Below are positions 24,961-33,345 of a DNA stretch of 64,000 nucleotides, piece after piece. This DNA is from an uncultured Elusimicrobiales bacterium (GTDB lineage: Bacteria > Elusimicrobiota > Elusimicrobia > Elusimicrobiales > Elusimicrobiaceae). The stretch's first letter is position 1; each line of letters begins with the position of its first letter. The DNA lies in contig CALUXE010000001.1 in assembly GCA_944324675.1 (NCBI GenBank), positions 6,694-70,693 of the forward strand. The letters are read 5' to 3'. The notes beneath the pieces are model-generated. The model did no database searches and had not been told where the DNA came from. It worked only from the letters and a program-made list of their open reading frames with translations. A program made the position numbers and the translations under genes.

Positions 24961-26133
24961 TTATATAACTTTATCTATCTTTGAAGCGTCGGGCAAGCCC
25001 ATTCCCTGCCACTGAGGCAGCAAATTGGGCTGAGCCTCGCTTATCTTGCCCATTATCTCGCGCACCTTCGCGGGCGGAGGCAAAGAGCCGTATTTCTTTT
25101 TATACGCTTCCATTATCAAAGCCGCCATCCCGCTTATGTACGGCGCGGCAAAAGAAGTTCCTTGAACCCAACTGTAACCGTTGTCCAAGGCCGGCGCGTA
25201 TATAGCCGAAGCCGGCGCCACAAAAGCTACTCCCGCGCCGTAGTTGGAACTTTCAAATATCTGCCTCGTGGGTCTGAGACCGCCTACAGCTATCACAAAA
25301 TCATAAGCCGCGGGATAGGCCAATTTGTTGGCGTGGTCGTTGCCCGAGGGCGCCACTATCACTATCCCGGAATCATACGCCGCCTTTAAAGCTTTATAGA
25401 CGACCTGGTCGTCTCCGTCCAGACCGTAGCTTATGTTTATTACGCTTATGGGGTTGCTCTTATGCGTTTTATTATAGTCCAGTATGCTCTGAACAGCTTT
25501 ACCTATATTTATATTATTGGTTTTGCCTTGATTGTCAGTTATTTTATAAACCTTCATCTTAACGTGCGGCGCCACGCCGGAAAATCCGCTCCCTTCAGGC
25601 CCGCATCCGCCCAGTATACCCGCTATCGCAGTACCGTGGCCGTAGGCATCATATTCATAGTCCACGCCCGATATATTTAAGATGTCAACCGCGCCTTCGC
25701 AAAACTGCTCGTGTTGAACCACCCCGGAATCCAATACCGCAACCACTATGCCCGCGCCTGTATAAGGAGTATTATCAAAGCCCATGGCGCTTATACCCCA
25801 ATTCTTAAATTGAGGATTAGCTTTATCGGCGAAAGAAGGATTGTACCCCCCGCTGACCACCGTAACCCGATTATATATAGGGATATTGGAAGATGTAGGT
25901 CTATCATACACATATACGGCATTGCCGTTTATCTTTATTTGCTTTACGCCGGGTACGTTTATTACGCTTACGGGGCGATTGTTATAGGGGGTTTTTTTAT
26001 CCGAGTCCGTCTTCTTTTGCTTAGGGAAGGTGCCGCGGTTCATATCTTTAAGGCTCCTTTGAGCGAAGCTTGAAGACAAACCCAAAATCAAAACCGCAAA
26101 ACAAACCGTCGCCTTGATAAAGATATTTGACAT
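24961..26133 (-). CDS. Secreted S8 (subtilisin-family) serine peptidase
   Basis: Catalytic triad motifs AVLDSGV, HGTAIAG, GTSFAAPY. Signal peptide MSNIFIKATVCFAVLILGLSSSFA. Start at ATG 26133 with an AAGGAG RBS; the ORF-track TTG at 26175 is unlikely. Confidence 0.92.
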   Translation of the reverse strand: MSNIFIKATVCFAVLILGLSSSFAQRSLKDMNRGTFPKQKKTDSDKKTPYNNRPVSVINVPGVKQIKINGNAVYVYDRPTSSNIPIYNRVTVVSGGYNPSFADKANPQFKNWGISAMGFDNTPYTGAGIVVAVLDSGVVQHEQFCEGAVDILNISGVDYEYDAYGHGTAIAGILGGCGPEGSGFSGVAPHVKMKVYKITDNQGKTNNINIGKAVQSILDYNKTHKSNPISVINISYGLDGDDQVVYKALKAAYDSGIVIVAPSGNDHANKLAYPAAYDFVIAVGGLRPTRQIFESSNYGAGVAFVAPASAIYAPALDNGYSWVQGTSFAAPYISGMAALIMEAYKKKYGSLPPPAKVREIMGKISEAQPNLLPQWQGMGLPDASKIDKVI

Positions 26134-26226
26134 AAAATTCTCGCTCCTTATCGGAAAAAATGCCTTTGTTGGCAAAATATAAACTATAATATAATTATAA
26201 ATTATTCAAGGAGGCAATACAAACCT

Positions 26227-26820
26227 ATGAAAAAGTTGTTAGCGTCTTTTATTTTAGTGGCCTCATTGGGGTTGGCAGCCTCGGCTCAAAGCCCGGTTAA
26301 GCTATCCCTTTATGATACCATTGCTTGGCCTCAAACCGATTACACCAACGTGTCTTTGGGTTTGATTGACAATAATACACCCGTAATTCATGGCGTAGAT
26401 TTAAATTTTATTTCCGCCAGAGCCGAAGAAATGCACGGCCTTCAAGCCGCATTCGCCTACTCCAGAAGCTATGAAATGCGCGGATTACAATCGGCCATTT
26501 ACACAATATCCAAGGATGCCGTCGGCGTACAATGGGGTCTTTTGAATGTTTCGGATAATTTAACCGGCGTACAGTGGGGTTTAGTCAACGTGAACGATAT
26601 GGAAGCTTTAGGCGCGCAAATAGGCGCGGTAAACTTCGCGCAAAATATGACGGGGCTTCAGTTCGGTTTTTACAATCAAAGCCAATATTTTAAAGGTTTG
26701 CAGCTCGGCTTCGTGAACAACACAACCGTAATAGACAGAGGCCTGCAAATAGGTTTCGTCAATATAATCAAAGACGGGGGCTGGTTCCCGGGAATGATAT
26801 TCGTAAACGGAAGATTTTAA
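26227..26820 (+). CDS. Secreted/outer-membrane repeat protein with about nine ~14-15-aa G[LV]QxGxxN repeats
   Basis: Signal peptide ending AASAQ. Repeats include GVQWGLLNVSDNLT, GVQWGLVNVNDMEAL, GAQIGAVNFAQNMT, GLQFGFYNQSQYFK, GLQLGFVNNTTVIDR, GLQIGFVNII. The C-terminal residue is Phe (FVNGRF). Confidence 0.8.
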   Translation: MKKLLASFILVASLGLAASAQSPVKLSLYDTIAWPQTDYTNVSLGLIDNNTPVIHGVDLNFISARAEEMHGLQAAFAYSRSYEMRGLQSAIYTISKDAVGVQWGLLNVSDNLTGVQWGLVNVNDMEALGAQIGAVNFAQNMTGLQFGFYNQSQYFKGLQLGFVNNTTVIDRGLQIGFVNIIKDGGWFPGMIFVNGRF

Positions 26821-26831
26821 CCAGAAAACAA

Positions 26832-26870
26832 AGAGCCGGCAAAACTGCTACTGCCGGCTCTTCTCTTTTA
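26832..26870 (+). terminator. Intrinsic terminator
   Basis: Stem AGAGCCGGC (26832-26840) / GCCGGCTCT (26853-26861), followed by a T-rich tract. Confidence 0.8.
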
Positions 26871-26928
26871 TAAACATCTCAGTACAAACGCATAGGCCCC
26901 AAATAAAAAAATACGGAAAGTCTATTTA

Positions 26929-26937
26929 TGGTATAAT
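26929..26937 (+). promoter_or_regulatory. Extended -10 promoter (TGGTATAAT) upstream of rpsB
   Basis: TGnTATAAT at 26929-26937. This leaves a ~125-nt leader before the rpsB ATG at 27069. Confidence 0.5.
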
Positions 26938-27068
26938 ATCTGTAAGCGGGATAAATGAAGCGAAAAAATCAGTAAATCAAATGCCTCGTTTACGAAGCTT
27001 TGGCAGCGTGCCGCTATGGATAACCTCTATCCAAATTTTGGCCCGCGCCGACATAAGGAGATAATTAA

Positions 27069-28109
27069 ATGAGCAATATATCAATGAAGGCTATGTTGGA
27101 AGCCGGTGTTCACTTTGGCCACCAAACCTCAAGATGGAATCCTAAAATGAGCCGCTATATCTTCGGCGAAAGGAACGGCGTACATATCTTAGATTTGCAG
27201 AAAACCGCAAAGGAATTAAAGAAAGCCTGCGCCTACATTAAAGAAGAAGCCAAGAAAGGTTCTAAATTCTTATTTGTGGGTACAAAAAAACAAGCCCAGG
27301 AAGCCATAAGAACCGAAGCGCTGAGAGCGGGCTGCCCTTGCATACACGAAAAATGGCTGGGCGGCACTTTAACCAATTTTCAGACGGTAAGAAAATCCGT
27401 TGAAAGAATGGCCGAACTTGAAAAATGGGAAGAAGAAGGCGTACTTAAAGCCATATCCAAAAAAGAAGCTTCAAGATTAACCAAAGAAATGAACCGCTTA
27501 AGAAAACTTCTCAGCGGCATAAGGGAAATGAAAACTCTCCCTGACATACTTTTCATCATAGACCCGGTTGATACGCAAGGCGCCGTAAAAGAAGCCAAAA
27601 TATTGGGCATACCCGTAGTGGCCGTATGCGATACCAACGCCGATCCCGACGACATAACCGTACCTGTGCCCGGAAATGACGATGCCGCCAGATCAATAAA
27701 ATTGTTCTGCATGGCCGTTGCGGATTCTATTATTGAAGGAAGGAACGAAGCCAACGGCTCGAACGCCGAACAGAAAGTTGAAACTGAAGCCGCAAAAGAA
27801 GCCGCCGCGGAAGAGAAACCTGTTGAAAATCCCGTAATGGCCGAAGCCTTGAGCGCCGCCGTTGAGGAAACCCGGAAAGAAGTGGAAGCCGAAGCGGAAG
27901 CCATCGTGGCCGAAAAGGCCGAGCCCGCGGAAAACGAAGCTCAAACCAAGGAAGAGGAAAAAGAGGTAAAAACCGCTAAGAAGCCCGCGGCCAAAAAGAG
28001 CGCGGCCAAAAAACCGGCCGCAAAAAAGACCGCGGCTAAAAAAACGGCTAAAGCCAAAGAGGAAACGAAAAAAGAAGCGGAAACCCCTTCCGAAGAAAAG
28101 GCCGCTTAA
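27069..28109 (+). CDS. rpsB: 30S ribosomal protein S2 with ~95-aa Glu/Ala/Lys-rich C-terminal extension
   Basis: [19 protein letters not shown]...GGTLTNF...[10 protein letters not shown] is the canonical S2 core. The tail ends in [29 protein letters not shown]. Confidence 0.96.
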   Translation: MSNISMKAMLEAGVHFGHQTSRWNPKMSRYIFGERNGVHILDLQKTAKELKKACAYIKEEAKKGSKFLFVGTKKQAQEAIRTEALRAGCPCIHEKWLGGTLTNFQTVRKSVERMAELEKWEEEGVLKAISKKEASRLTKEMNRLRKLLSGIREMKTLPDILFIIDPVDTQGAVKEAKILGIPVVAVCDTNADPDDITVPVPGNDDAARSIKLFCMAVADSIIEGRNEANGSNAEQKVETEAAKEAAAEEKPVENPVMAEALSAAVEETRKEVEAEAEAIVAEKAEPAENEAQTKEEEKEVKTAKKPAAKKSAAKKPAAKKTAAKKTAKAKEETKKEAETPSEEKAA

Positions 28110-28120
28110 CTTTTAAACCT

Positions 28121-28154
28121 TGTCCGCCCGTTTGGCGCGGGCGGACAGAATTTT
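28121..28154 (+). terminator. GC-rich hairpin between rpsB and tsf (partial terminator/attenuator candidate)
   Basis: 10-bp stem TGTCCGCCCG (28121-28130) / CGGGCGGACA (28138-28147), then GAATTTT. Confidence 0.5.
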
Positions 28155-28167
28155 AACAGGAGAATTT

Positions 28168-29013
28168 ATGTCAAGTTTGGAAAATATTAAACTTTTAAGA
28201 GAAAAGACCGGCGCCGGGCTCGGCGCTTGCAAACAGGCCTTGGCCGAATGCAATAATGATGTTGAAGCCGCTGTAACTTTCCTGCGCAAAAAAGGTTTGG
28301 CCGATATGGCTAAACGCGCCGGCCGCGAAACTAAAGAGGGAAGGGTTTCTATAAAAGTCTCTGACGACGGCAATACCGTAGCGATGGCTTATTTGGGCTG
28401 CGAGACGGATTTCGTAGCCAAAACAGCCGACTTTATCGGCCTCGTGGACAAAATAGCCGACTACATGCTCCAAAACCCCGATGTGGCCGACTATACAAAA
28501 GATGAAAAGATTACCGCTATGATACATGAACTCGCCCCGAAATTTGGGGAGAATGTATCCTTTAACAAAGCCGTCTGCTGGAAGAAAGGCGAAGGCTGCG
28601 GCGTAATAAATTACTATCTGCACTCCGACAATAAAAAAGCCGCTTTGGTTGAAATCACCTGTGACAAGACCGACGGCTGTTGCGGCAAAAAAGAAGAAAT
28701 AAAAGATTTCGCCCGCTCTATCGCCATGCAGGCCGTAGGTATGGTTGCCCAGTACTTAAACGAAAGCGAAGTGCCGGCCGATGTCATTGAGAAAGAAAAA
28801 GATATCGCCGTAACCCAGGCCAAAAATGAAGGAAAACCCGAAGCCGCTATTGAGAAAATGCTCCCGGGCAGAATTAAAAAATTCTTCAAAGATGTATGCC
28901 TGCTGGATCAGCCTTCAATAAAGGACAACAAAAAGTCCGTACAGGACATAATTGACGAGGAAAGTAAAAAACTGGGCGTCAATTTAAAGGTGACGAGATT
29001 CGTCAGATTCTAA
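28168..29013 (+). CDS. tsf: Elongation factor Ts
   Basis: MSSLENIKLLREKTGAGLGACKQALAECNNDVEAAVTFLRKKG is a typical EF-Ts UBA-like N-terminus. Start at ATG 28168 after AGGAG; the ORF-track start at 28120 lies in the hairpin and is unlikely. Confidence 0.95.
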   Translation: MSSLENIKLLREKTGAGLGACKQALAECNNDVEAAVTFLRKKGLADMAKRAGRETKEGRVSIKVSDDGNTVAMAYLGCETDFVAKTADFIGLVDKIADYMLQNPDVADYTKDEKITAMIHELAPKFGENVSFNKAVCWKKGEGCGVINYYLHSDNKKAALVEITCDKTDGCCGKKEEIKDFARSIAMQAVGMVAQYLNESEVPADVIEKEKDIAVTQAKNEGKPEAAIEKMLPGRIKKFFKDVCLLDQPSIKDNKKSVQDIIDEESKKLGVNLKVTRFVRF

Positions 29014-29035
29014 AGCGCTGTTTTAAAACAATGCT

Positions 29036-29068
29036 AAACCCCCTCCCAAAAGAGGGGGTTTTTATTTT
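29036..29068 (+). terminator. Intrinsic terminator after tsf
   Basis: Stem CCCCCTC (29039-29045) / GAGGGGG (29052-29058), followed by TTTTTATTTT. Confidence 0.88.
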
Positions 29069-29382
29069 GCTCTTTATCCCTCTTGCACAGGCAGTGCCTT
29101 TTGACAAAATCCCGCCTTGAGTTTTGACGCTGCCCTTACCCATAATGAAAAGGCGGAACTTAAAATTGCCGAAAAATCACTATTAATGCGGAACATAAAA
29201 ATAAAGAGGCAGATACGAATACAAGCAATTTCAAGCGCGAAACGGCGGGAATTTTTTTACCTCACTTCGCTTTCGGAATCGGCAGACAGGGGCAAAAAAC
29301 GGCATTTATATTCTTATGCCAGGCCTTGTAAAATTTTGTATTATAAGAAAAACTATTCCACAATGTTTAGAGAGGTGCTCTT

Positions 29383-30084
29383 ATGCCCAAAAGGATATTA
29401 CTCAAACTATCTGGGGAGGCGCTCGCGCAGCAAGGAGAACGCGGCATTGACCCTAAAGCCTTAAAAGAAATCGCTAAAGAAATTAAAGCCGCCCTAACAA
29501 CCAAGTGCCAGCTTGCCATAGTAATAGGCGGAGGCAATATTTGGCGCGGCGTACGCGACGGAGGCGGGATAATCAACAGGGTAAATTCCGATAATATGGG
29601 CATGATGGCCACCATAATAAACGCCTTGGCTCTGCAATCGGCTTTGGAAGACGCCGGCGCGCCGACCAGAGTGTTGACCTCAATAAATGTATATCAGCTG
29701 GCAGAACCTTTTATCAGACGCAAAGCCATAAGGCATTTGGAAAAAGGCCGCGTAGTTATATTTGCGGGCGGAACGGGCAATCCTTTCTTCACCACAGATT
29801 CCGCCGCGGCTTTGAGAGCTTCTGAAATCAAAGCTGATTTGGTGCTTAAGGCGACTCAGGTTGACGGCGTATACGACAGCGACCCCAAAAAGAACCCTAA
29901 AGCGAAACTTATTAAAGAAATAACCTATGAAGACGCAATAAAGAAAGGGCTAAAATTTATGGATACCGCCGCCTTGGCGCTTTGTTTGGAAAACAAATTC
30001 CCCCTTTGCGTATTCAATTTGCATAAAAAAGGGAATATAAAGCTGGCTGTTTCCGGCAAGAAAATAGGCACCACGATATATTGA
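29383..30084 (+). CDS. pyrH: UMP kinase
   Basis: RILLKLSGEAL...IVIGGGNIWRG...VIFAGGTGNPFFTTDSAAALRA is the canonical PyrH pattern. Confidence 0.96.
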   Translation: MPKRILLKLSGEALAQQGERGIDPKALKEIAKEIKAALTTKCQLAIVIGGGNIWRGVRDGGGIINRVNSDNMGMMATIINALALQSALEDAGAPTRVLTSINVYQLAEPFIRRKAIRHLEKGRVVIFAGGTGNPFFTTDSAAALRASEIKADLVLKATQVDGVYDSDPKKNPKAKLIKEITYEDAIKKGLKFMDTAALALCLENKFPLCVFNLHKKGNIKLAVSGKKIGTTIY

Positions 30085-30114
30085 TATAAAGGTTAATCTT
30101 TAGATGGAGTTTAT

Positions 30115-31059
30115 ATGACAGAAATTTTTTCGCCAAATCATTATGTGTGGATAATACCGCTGGGCTGTTTCGCGCTTTTAATAATAGCGGCTACTTGCTA
30201 TTTTCTGAGAAGGGAAATAGCGGCGTTTTTCAGGAAGATGTTTTTACCCGATACAAATCGTTATATACTCCCCGCGAGTATTATATCCAATATAAACGCC
30301 GAAAAAGAACCTTCGCCGAAACCGATCAAAAAGAAAAGTGGCTTCTTAAGACGGTTTGAAACTAATTTCCGCTGGCATTTCAGACATATAAAACACGTTT
30401 TTTCCAAATGGTTCGCCGAATTTGCCAATACGGAAGATTCTCCTTCAAACGCGGCGAAAGCCGAAGAATCGACGGTAAAAGTTATGGCCGAGCGGGCAGA
30501 AAACATTTCACCTCTGATTCCGCCGCAAAAAGAAGGAACAAAAGGAACGGGCGAAATATCCTTAAAAGAGGAAACAAAAGAAGAGAAACCTGAAATCAAT
30601 ACGCCCCCCTTGAAAGAATCCCCCTTCCAAGAAGCGGAACCGTCCCTATTAAAAACGGGGGTTTCAGCGCAATCCTCGCCCGAGTTTGAACAAAAAAATA
30701 CGCCGGAAAATCCACCCGTCCCGCAAGAAGACCGCCCGACAAAATCTGTCGAGGAAATACCGGTAGCCGCGGCGAATTTTAAGGAGCGCGGAGCCTCTTT
30801 CGAGCAAGCGCCCCGCAAAAACTTTTGGAACGATCTCATGAGCGACAGAACCGCCATCATCCTCGCCTTGTTAATACTGGCCGGATTTACGATATTTTTG
30901 GGCGCCCGCGTTAAGCTGCTGGGCAGCATAGTAATGCGCCAGCGCGTTGAAATGCGGAATATGCAAAAACAAATAGAGATGATTCGCTATGAGCAAAACG
31001 GTTTTAAAATAGTAATACACGAAAGGACAATATTACCCCAAAAAAGATATAATAGATAA
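30115..31059 (+). CDS. Hypothetical membrane protein (two TM helices flanking a Pro/Glu/Lys-rich low-complexity region)
   Basis: 314 aa. TM1 VWIIPLGCFALLIIAATCYFL; TM2 AIILALLILAGFTIFLGA. GGAG RBS. Same strand and tight spacing inside the pyrH-frr block. No recognisable motif. Confidence 0.6.
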   Translation: MTEIFSPNHYVWIIPLGCFALLIIAATCYFLRREIAAFFRKMFLPDTNRYILPASIISNINAEKEPSPKPIKKKSGFLRRFETNFRWHFRHIKHVFSKWFAEFANTEDSPSNAAKAEESTVKVMAERAENISPLIPPQKEGTKGTGEISLKEETKEEKPEINTPPLKESPFQEAEPSLLKTGVSAQSSPEFEQKNTPENPPVPQEDRPTKSVEEIPVAAANFKERGASFEQAPRKNFWNDLMSDRTAIILALLILAGFTIFLGARVKLLGSIVMRQRVEMRNMQKQIEMIRYEQNGFKIVIHERTILPQKRYNR

Positions 31060-31083
31060 AAATAAACTCATGAGGTAGAATTT

Positions 31084-31647
31084 ATGGAAGGTATCAGCGA
31101 ACTTTTAACAAAAACCAAGAACAATATGACGGCTGTGGCCGAGAAATTCAAACAGGATTTGGGAACTTTAAGGACGGGCCGCGCCAACCCGCAGATGATA
31201 GAGAATGTACGCGTGGAGTATTACGGCGTTCCGACTCCGCTTAAACAAATGGCGATGTTAAATGTTTCCGACGCCAGAACATTGGAGATACAGCCTTGGG
31301 ACGTAAGCGCTATAAAAGAGATAGAAAAAGCGCTTCAGCAGGCGGACTTGGGCGTAACGCCGATGAACGACGGCAAAATTATAAGAATAACCTTCCCCCC
31401 CATGACGGAAGACCGCCGCAAGATGTTAAGCAAAACGATATCCAAAATGAGCGAAGACTATAAAGTAAGCGTACGCAACGAACGGCGCGACGCCATCGAA
31501 AAAGTGAAGAAAGCCCAGAAAGCGGGCGAGGTAACGGAAGACGATCTTAAGAGATACGAAGCCGATATACAGAAAGCGACCGACGCTTCCGTTTCTCTGA
31601 TAGAAAAGATTACGGCGGAAAAAGAAAAAGAGATAATGACGATCTAA
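31084..31647 (+). CDS. frr: Ribosome recycling factor
   Basis: LRTGRANPQMIENVRVEYYG...LEIQPWD...DLGVTPMNDGKIIRITFPPMTEDRR is the canonical RRF pattern. Confidence 0.96.
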   Translation: MEGISELLTKTKNNMTAVAEKFKQDLGTLRTGRANPQMIENVRVEYYGVPTPLKQMAMLNVSDARTLEIQPWDVSAIKEIEKALQQADLGVTPMNDGKIIRITFPPMTEDRRKMLSKTISKMSEDYKVSVRNERRDAIEKVKKAQKAGEVTEDDLKRYEADIQKATDASVSLIEKITAEKEKEIMTI

Positions 31648-31659
31648 AACAAGAGAACA

Positions 31660-31696
31660 AAAAAAAGCCCTCTTAAAAAAGAGGGCTTTTTTATTT
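31660..31696 (+). terminator. Intrinsic terminator after frr
   Basis: Stem AGCCCTC (31666-31672) / GAGGGCT (31681-31687), followed by TTTTTTATTT. Confidence 0.88.
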
Positions 31697-31792
31697 GGGG
31701 ATAGGAATTTCGTTTAGGCCCGGGGCGGCCGGACGCGGGAATCAGCGCAAGGAATAGTTTTTCTTTGCGGAAATAAAAGGTAAAATAATTTT

Positions 31793-32479
31793 ATGGCGGA
31801 AAAGAACAAAATACCAACGCATATCGCGTTTATAATGGACGGCAACGGCCGCTGGGCGCAAAACAAGAACCTGCCTAAAGCCAAAGGGCATGAGGAAGGC
31901 GCTCGTTCGGTAGAGGCTGTGGTAAACGCCGCTTTAAAAGCGGGCGTAAAATACATAACACTTTACGCTTTCTCTACGGAAAACTGGAAGCGTTCAAAAA
32001 CGGAAATAGCCGCCCTGATGAAACTTCTTTCCAAAACGCTGGATAAATTTATAAAAGAGGACGACCCTAAAGTAAAGGTAATCTTCAGCGGCAGGCGAGA
32101 TCCTCTGCCCAAAGATATTCTCGCGAAAATGGATAAAGCGGCTCAGATAAAGAAGGATAATCCCGCCCTAACGCTCAACTTGGCAATCAATTACGGTTCC
32201 AGACAAGAGATAACCGACGCCGCCAATAAACTTATCGCCGAGGGTAAAAAAGAGATTACTCAGGAAGATATATCCGGCGCTTTATACAATAATCTGCCAG
32301 AGCCCGATTTGATAGTGAGAACTTCGGGCGAGCAGCGGCTTTCCAATTTTCTGCTGTGGCAGGCGGCCTACAGCGAATTTTATTTTACCCCCGTTTTATG
32401 GCCCGACTTCAAGGAAGAACATTTTAGGCAAGCCGTAGAGGAATACGGCCGCCGCCAACGCAGATTCGGCGGGCGCTAA
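31793..32479 (+). CDS. uppS: Undecaprenyl diphosphate synthase (isoprenyl transferase)
   Basis: HIAFIMDGNGRWA, TLYAFSTENWKR, IRTSGEQRLSNFLLWQAAYSEF. Confidence 0.96.
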   Translation: MAEKNKIPTHIAFIMDGNGRWAQNKNLPKAKGHEEGARSVEAVVNAALKAGVKYITLYAFSTENWKRSKTEIAALMKLLSKTLDKFIKEDDPKVKVIFSGRRDPLPKDILAKMDKAAQIKKDNPALTLNLAINYGSRQEITDAANKLIAEGKKEITQEDISGALYNNLPEPDLIVRTSGEQRLSNFLLWQAAYSEFYFTPVLWPDFKEEHFRQAVEEYGRRQRRFGGR

Positions 32480-32529
32480 AGATACGCGCTCTATTTAAAC
32501 GAAAGCGTTTAATTTGCTAAAATATTGCT

Positions 32530-33345
32530 ATGTTACTACCTAGAATTTTAACCGCGCTTGTGGGTGTCCCCCTCGTGCTTGCCGCCATATATTTCGGCGG
32601 AATATTCTATATGGCTTTTGTAGCGGCCATAATACTGCTCTGTTTATATGAGTACGGTTTGATTTTGCTTACGGCCCAAAAACCCGTCAACCGAGTATCG
32701 CTGATAATCTTCGGCATACTAATGATAATAGGCGCTATAGCGGGACGAAGCGATACGCAGATGGGTATCCCCAACAATATAGCCTCGTTTTTTATGGCGC
32801 TGGCTCTGGCGGGCGTATTTTTTGTGGAAATAATTACCCCCTCCCGCTCGCTTGAACGCGCGGCCAATACCTTGCTGGGTATAGTTTTAATACCTTGGTC
32901 TTTAGCGCACTTGATAAATATCCGCCTTATGGAGCCTTACGGCGAATATTTCGTCTATATACTCTTTATCACTGTTTGGGCGACCGATACCGGCGCTTAT
33001 TTTACGGGCAGATTTTTGGGCAAACATAAACTTAACAAAGAAGTCAGCCCGAAAAAGACATGGGAAGGCGCAATCGGCGGCACGATTTTGGGCATGGCGG
33101 CGGCATTGTTCTGCTGGGATTTATTCTTCCCGTGGTACATAACGGCGGCGCAGGCGGCTTTAATAGGTTTGCTGATATCGGTTTTAGGGCAGATATCGGA
33201 TTTGGCTCAGTCGGTACTGAAAAGAAGCGCGGGAGTGAAAGATTCTTCCAATTTGCTGCCGGGCCACGGCGGGTTCTTTGACAGATTTGACGCCTTCCTG
33301 CTCAGCGCTCCTGTATTGTACTACGTACTGCTCTATATATTATGA
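32530..33345 (+). CDS. cdsA: Phosphatidate cytidylyltransferase
   Basis: Polytopic protein with C-terminal signature SDLAQSVLKRSAGVKDSSNLLPGHGGFFDRFD. Confidence 0.93.
   Translation: MLLPRILTALVGVPLVLAAIYFGGIFYMAFVAAIILLCLYEYGLILLTAQKPVNRVSLIIFGILMIIGAIAGRSDTQMGIPNNIASFFMALALAGVFFVEIITPSRSLERAANTLLGIVLIPWSLAHLINIRLMEPYGEYFVYILFITVWATDTGAYFTGRFLGKHKLNKEVSPKKTWEGAIGGTILGMAAALFCWDLFFPWYITAAQAALIGLLISVLGQISDLAQSVLKRSAGVKDSSNLLPGHGGFFDRFDAFLLSAPVLYYVLLYIL

Noticed and set aside
28120-28167. Upstream start for tsf (MSARLARADRILTGEF...).
   Set aside because: That segment is the rpsB-tsf hairpin. ATG 28168 has an AGGAG RBS and gives the canonical EF-Ts N-terminus.
30261-30929. 222-aa minus-strand ORF opposite the pyrH-frr inserted gene.
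   Set aside because: The plus-strand ORF has an RBS, TM helices at both ends and operon-consistent orientation. The minus-strand translation is Ser/Phe/Gly-rich low complexity, typical of the antisense of a Glu/Lys/Pro-rich region. Residual uncertainty is noted in the finding.
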